Program-made: the position numbers and the translations under genes
Part shown: positions 59,701-64,000 of the stretch, piece after piece
Layout: each line of letters starts with the position of its first letter
Numbering within the stretch: the first letter of the stretch is position 1
NCBI GenBank assembly: GCA_043228905.1
Contig: JBHGNT010000014.1
Coordinates: 13,702,001 to 13,766,000, forward strand
Direction of reading: 5' to 3'
DNA length: 64,000 nucleotides
From: Azolla caroliniana
Lineage: Eukaryota; Plantae; Polypodiophyta
Notes under the pieces: model-generated
Seen by the model: only the letters and a program-made list of their open reading frames with translations
Told to the model about the DNA's origin: nothing
The model's database searches: none

Positions 59701-59773
59701 CCCACAGGGCTCGTTCGCTTGTGTACATACGAATCGAAGGAAGAGCAGGCCTCGCCGATCACCGATTATATGA
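56740..59773 (+). CDS. PLATZ: PLATZ zinc-binding transcription factor; exons 56740-56742, 57297-57551, 58013-58087, 58430-58570, 59288-59773
   Basis: PSWLQALL, NIFCLDC..CQHC..H, LLQ|IRRYVYHDVIR, VQ|PYIINSAKVVFLNPRP, CEYCDRSL..YCSMGCK|V, C-terminal RRKSRPRRSP; all junctions are GT-AG and phase 0. The ATG-only first exon is less certain. Confidence 0.93.
57581..57958. repeat. 27-bp minisatellite, about 14 copies, in a PLATZ intron
   Basis: Unit TGATTATGATTAAGCATATGATTATAC. Confidence 0.95.
58177..58335. repeat. Long imperfect inverted repeat in a PLATZ intron (MITE-like or pre-miRNA-like)
   Basis: ATTCATGAGACATCGGAACACT / AGTGTTCTGATGTCTCGTGAAT, inner CCAAAGAGGTGT / ACACCTCTTTGG, central AATTCCATGGAATT. 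Confidence 0.8.
58767..58920. repeat. About 77-bp tandem duplication in PLATZ intron 4
   Basis: TGTGGATCCAATTTGAGCC...AATCTCAT occurs twice. Confidence 0.85.
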
Positions 59774-60009
59774 TTTTTATCATACATATATTTATTTATT
59801 TATCATGTCCATTATTTGGCTTTTGGAAGGAAATTTCACATGATGCTCTCTCTTTTCACTCCTTGCCATGAGCTTTTTGGTGGTCCATGTGTGAGTGAAA
59901 TTCATCTAGAAACATAGGATGTAAAACTATAATCATTATTACCAACATTTGCTACTATACATTAAGAAAGACTTAAATATAAATTTAGATGTATTGAGAA
60001 ATCTGTGTC

Positions 60010-60045
<36 letters not shown>

Positions 60046-63000
60046 GGCCAATTTTGGTTTAATAGATGTTTGAGAATATGCCACACTCCGATGCAATGCA
60101 CTTCATTTGACCATGTTTGCGTTTGTCATTGTCGATGGAGTCCACTACTTGCACATGTTGCTTTCACAATCACAATTCATACTCTTGATTGCAACTTTAT
60201 GTATATCAGTAAATTTCGTTGACTCGCTACTCGATTTCACATTTAAGTAGAAAAAAGATATGTAATGAAAAATCTGTCTCAATCTCATAGGTCATATTTG
60301 ACCTCCGAAGCTGATAATAGAATCTATCTCTAGTATGCTAATACACATCCTTGCACACGTTCCTCTCACAATCACAATGCACACTCTTGATTGCAATGTT
60401 TATTGGTGAAATTCTTGAGCATCAAGAGGCACTACATTTCACACTTGCTCCTATGAGGACAAGAGGATTCCAAATGGGGTGCTATGAGCACAACATGATT
60501 GCATATCATGGTGAGGTTAACACTAATGTAATCCCTAGGTGTTTATGAGTAGTTGATATAAAGGTAACTCCTATGAGAACAAAGCGATTATAATGTGCAA
60601 TGACGAGAACTATCAAAGGGTTTCTTTAGTCGGTCCAAGAACATCAAACAAGAATCGGTTTCTGTTACTAATATGTAACGTGCACAAGGACAAGGTGGTT
60701 GCAATATGCAATGGTGATATTATCCAAAGCCAATTAGTTTCCATTTTATTGTCTTCTTACTCATGTGTTGTGGACCTGCGGTATTCCTAGGAGACCATTG
60801 AGCTAATATCCTATATTGCTAAGCACAATGCACCCCAATGCCTAAGATATTGAGATATTAAGTTATGCAATGTTCATGGATAACCTCTGCCCCCTAAACC
60901 AAAAACCCTTTGAAAGTGATAAGAATATCTTAGTTAGCACGATGGCCAAATTTTTGCGACATATAAATTGCTGAAATGGAATATCCAAGATCCCATTTCA
61001 CCTAACATACACAAACATCCCATTTGGCTTAATATGTGTAAATACAAAGTAAAAGAACAGTAAGCAATCAACTAGATTTTGTATTAATATTATTACTTAA
61101 GGTATTATGGTGGGAGGATCTTTCTTATGTACTTATAAGTTGTAATGTGTTAAAACAGTCTATATATCGACAAGTCTATTGATAGATAACATTAATGCTA
61201 TAATGGTCTAACTGGATTAATTTCGGCACTAATGTACCAAATGTGTGAAAGGATAAGTAATCAACTAGATTTTGTGTTATTATTATTATTATTTTCCAAA
61301 CAATTTTGTGTTATTATTATTACTTAGCGTGTGGTGTGAAATTTTTTCTTAACATACTAATTAGTAATAACTTGTAAAGTGTTAAAGACTCTATATATAG
61401 ATAGGTATATTGAAAGTGCTATAATGGTCTAACTAGATTAATTTTGGCACTCAAGTTCCAAGCGTAAAAAAGGAAAGAAAATATCTCACCTATTTAATGA
61501 TATAATAGTATGTGTACATTCTTACATAAATGATAAGGGAGGGAGGACTGACTAATTATTCTCATTCTATTTCAAGTAAAGTGCTAAATTTAATGACACC
61601 TATACCCAAGGTATATTTAGGCCTAACAATCAATCAATCTCTACCTTATCATGATGGAAGAAAAACCATGGAAGGTTTCAAAAATTCAAAAAGCTTGCCT
61701 TAATGGGTCTATTATTATCCTCTCATGATGAATGCAAGAATAATAAATGCCCTCTCCTTCTTCTTTCATTTCTTGTTTCGAAATTCTCCTTCTTGGAAAA
61801 ATAGAAATGCAAAGAACCCATCTCCCTTGCTATAAAAACCGTCGACAAATCCCTCGTTTCGCCTTCCTTGGTTATATCATCTCTCTGTCATGCACAAATG
61901 AAAAGAATTGTAGTTGGCTTCCAAAAGCCCCTCGAATGAATAATGATTGATGAATTGAATCCCTTGATTCGTGCTCCTTGATTGAGAACAAGAGAAAATC
62001 CGTAATCACAACTCCTTCCACCACTCACTTGGTTCACTAATTATCCTTGTTGATCATAAATCAACAAACATCGTCATTGGTTTCATCCTTGGAGGTATTC
62101 TACCTATGAGGAGGTGTGTTTGGGTTTATTTAGAAACAAATTGTGAATTTGCATGTAATTAAAAGAAACTAAGAAATAATCCACCTTTTGCCATGGAACG
62201 TGCAAACACAAGAAAGACTCCAGTCAACAAAGCATAAACAATTGGTGAAGGGCACACTTGAAGAATGTTCACTTAGCACAAAATGAGCACATTCATGGAA
62301 GCAAGTTGTATAGAACCTGGACACTTGCCAATGCATACACTAAGCAAACAAACAAAGATAACTTGGAAAAACCTTGACACTTAGTGAAACAAACAAAGTC
62401 CAAATTGTGTGAAGTCATAAACTTGGCAAACAAGGATTATACAATAAAGCTCATTTGGAAAAACCTTGGCACTTCGTGAAACAATGAACAAAATCCAAAT
62501 TGTGTGATTTTTGCATGTTCAATGAACAAAATTGATCAAAGCCTCAATATACGTGGCAATTGTGTATGCTTAGTAGTTCATTTAAGGAATAAATTTGATG
62601 AAAGGTGCACATGTCACATCCAAAATAGTGAGAATGTGTGTCTAATCACATAAAAAAATGTGACTACTTGATGATTTTGAATTCGATATGAGTAAATCAA
62701 AAGTTGCTCCAATAGTAGACAATGGACATGATTTTTACTCTCTCGAATTAATAAGATTCAGATTAATAAATTGTATTTCATGGTTTACATACATAATAGA
62801 AATTCATCTAGTTTTAAAAGAAAACATTCAAACTTCCATGTTTTTTTTTCATTAGGTAGATACAAATTCATTTAATTGTTTATCCTCTTTGTTCCAAGTT
62901 CTACCAAAACAAGACATAAATAGAAAAATAGTACTTATTAAGAACTTTGAGACCAATTGAACATTCTGAAGTTTGTGTTTTGAAAACTTAGGCGAGTTAT

Positions 63001-63599
63001 GGTTATGGATGATGTAGACATGAAAATCCTATTCAAAATACATGTCCACGACTTCCATGGTACTCATGCATATAAAAGTTTGAGTGCATTCCAAGTTCAT
63101 AGCATTGAAAGGAGGTACACATATGCATGTCATCATCATAACAGATGTGTGATATGGGCTCGTACAATTTTAAATTTTGTTGTTGTTTAATCCCTTCATG
63201 AATGCTACATGATATAAATGTTCGCTTTCGTTTTTAGTCTCTTCTTTGCAAAGTAAAACCAAATTACATGAATTTTATGGAACAATAGAAAATGAATGTT
63301 CTAATACAACACACATGTGTGTCTAGGTTTTGAGGAAAAACTTCTTAACCTTACAAAAGAATATTAAGCAATAGCCTTTTGATTTAGAATTAGAATTTTT
63401 ATTGTCCATAAAGAGGCCAGTTTTGACCTATGGGACAAGAGTATACATGTGTTCTTGATATGTGTCTCCTTCCTACGAAGGGGTATTCATACATTGAAGC
63501 ACAAAGTCTCTATGCGTGAATAAAACATACACATATGAGCTCAACCTTCTAGGTGGTGTCTTAAGTATGACACTTAAGTTATCACTCCCTCTTAGTATG

Positions 63600-63917
63600 T
63601 CAGCATATCTTGAACGTATAAGTCGAGCCTATGAAGAGCAAGTGACATTCATCCTCTACCATACCTTCATTGCATAGTTTACATGTCTTCAAATTCGTTA
63701 CATTTTGATACCATGATGCAACTTCAATACCTAACTTGTGAGATTGAGTGCGAAGTAATGTAAGGGCTCTATGAACATTACTACTCATATTGGTGATGAG
63801 ATAAGGTTGGATACGATCAATAGGCATTCTTGCTTTATATTGAAACCAACATTCAGGGTTGACATTTGTAATGTAGTATTCTAGCTTTGTCCTCTTAGCA
63901 TATTCCCAATTTCCCAC
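63600..63917 (-). mobile_element. LINE ORF2 C-terminal zinc-finger remnant
   Basis: LRTQSHKLGIE...CKLCNEGMVEDECHLLF resembles the non-LTR C-terminal CxxC...EDExHxL motif. Confidence 0.7.
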
Positions 63918-64000
63918 TTCATCCCTAATGATTCCACCAACCTTTCCTCAATCATTATGTAATGCATAGCATCGCCCGAAAGTTCTAAAAGATCATCCAC

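Overview
AT-rich, repeat-dense nuclear DNA from a land plant, probably seed-free (inferred from the transposon families). Three host genes: an intronless, GC-rich plastid polyphenol oxidase (15119-17026, -), an At1g76660/At5g52430-like Ser/Pro-rich protein (26833-28113, -) and a five-exon PLATZ transcription factor (56740-59773, +). The rest is nested mobile DNA: three Ty1/copia families, three Ty3/gypsy-type LTR insertions, a pogo/Tigger transposase fossil with its MITE, hAT-like MITEs and LINE fragments. Positions 35049-45072 are repeated almost exactly at 45173-55194 across a 100-N gap, most likely an assembly overlap. Main observations: (1) three different gypsy-type LTRs appear to sit at ACGT targets with 4-bp duplications (one exact, one CpG-decayed, one uncertain) and share a covarying U5 hairpin, and one is a mini-element with a tRNA-Trp primer site and a single Gag::integrase-C-terminus fusion ORF; (2) a group II intron RT/maturase fragment, likely mitochondrial, split by a copia solo LTR; (3) a copia lineage lacking RT/RNase H, present twice with the same junction. 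All calls are from reading the sequence; no searches were run.
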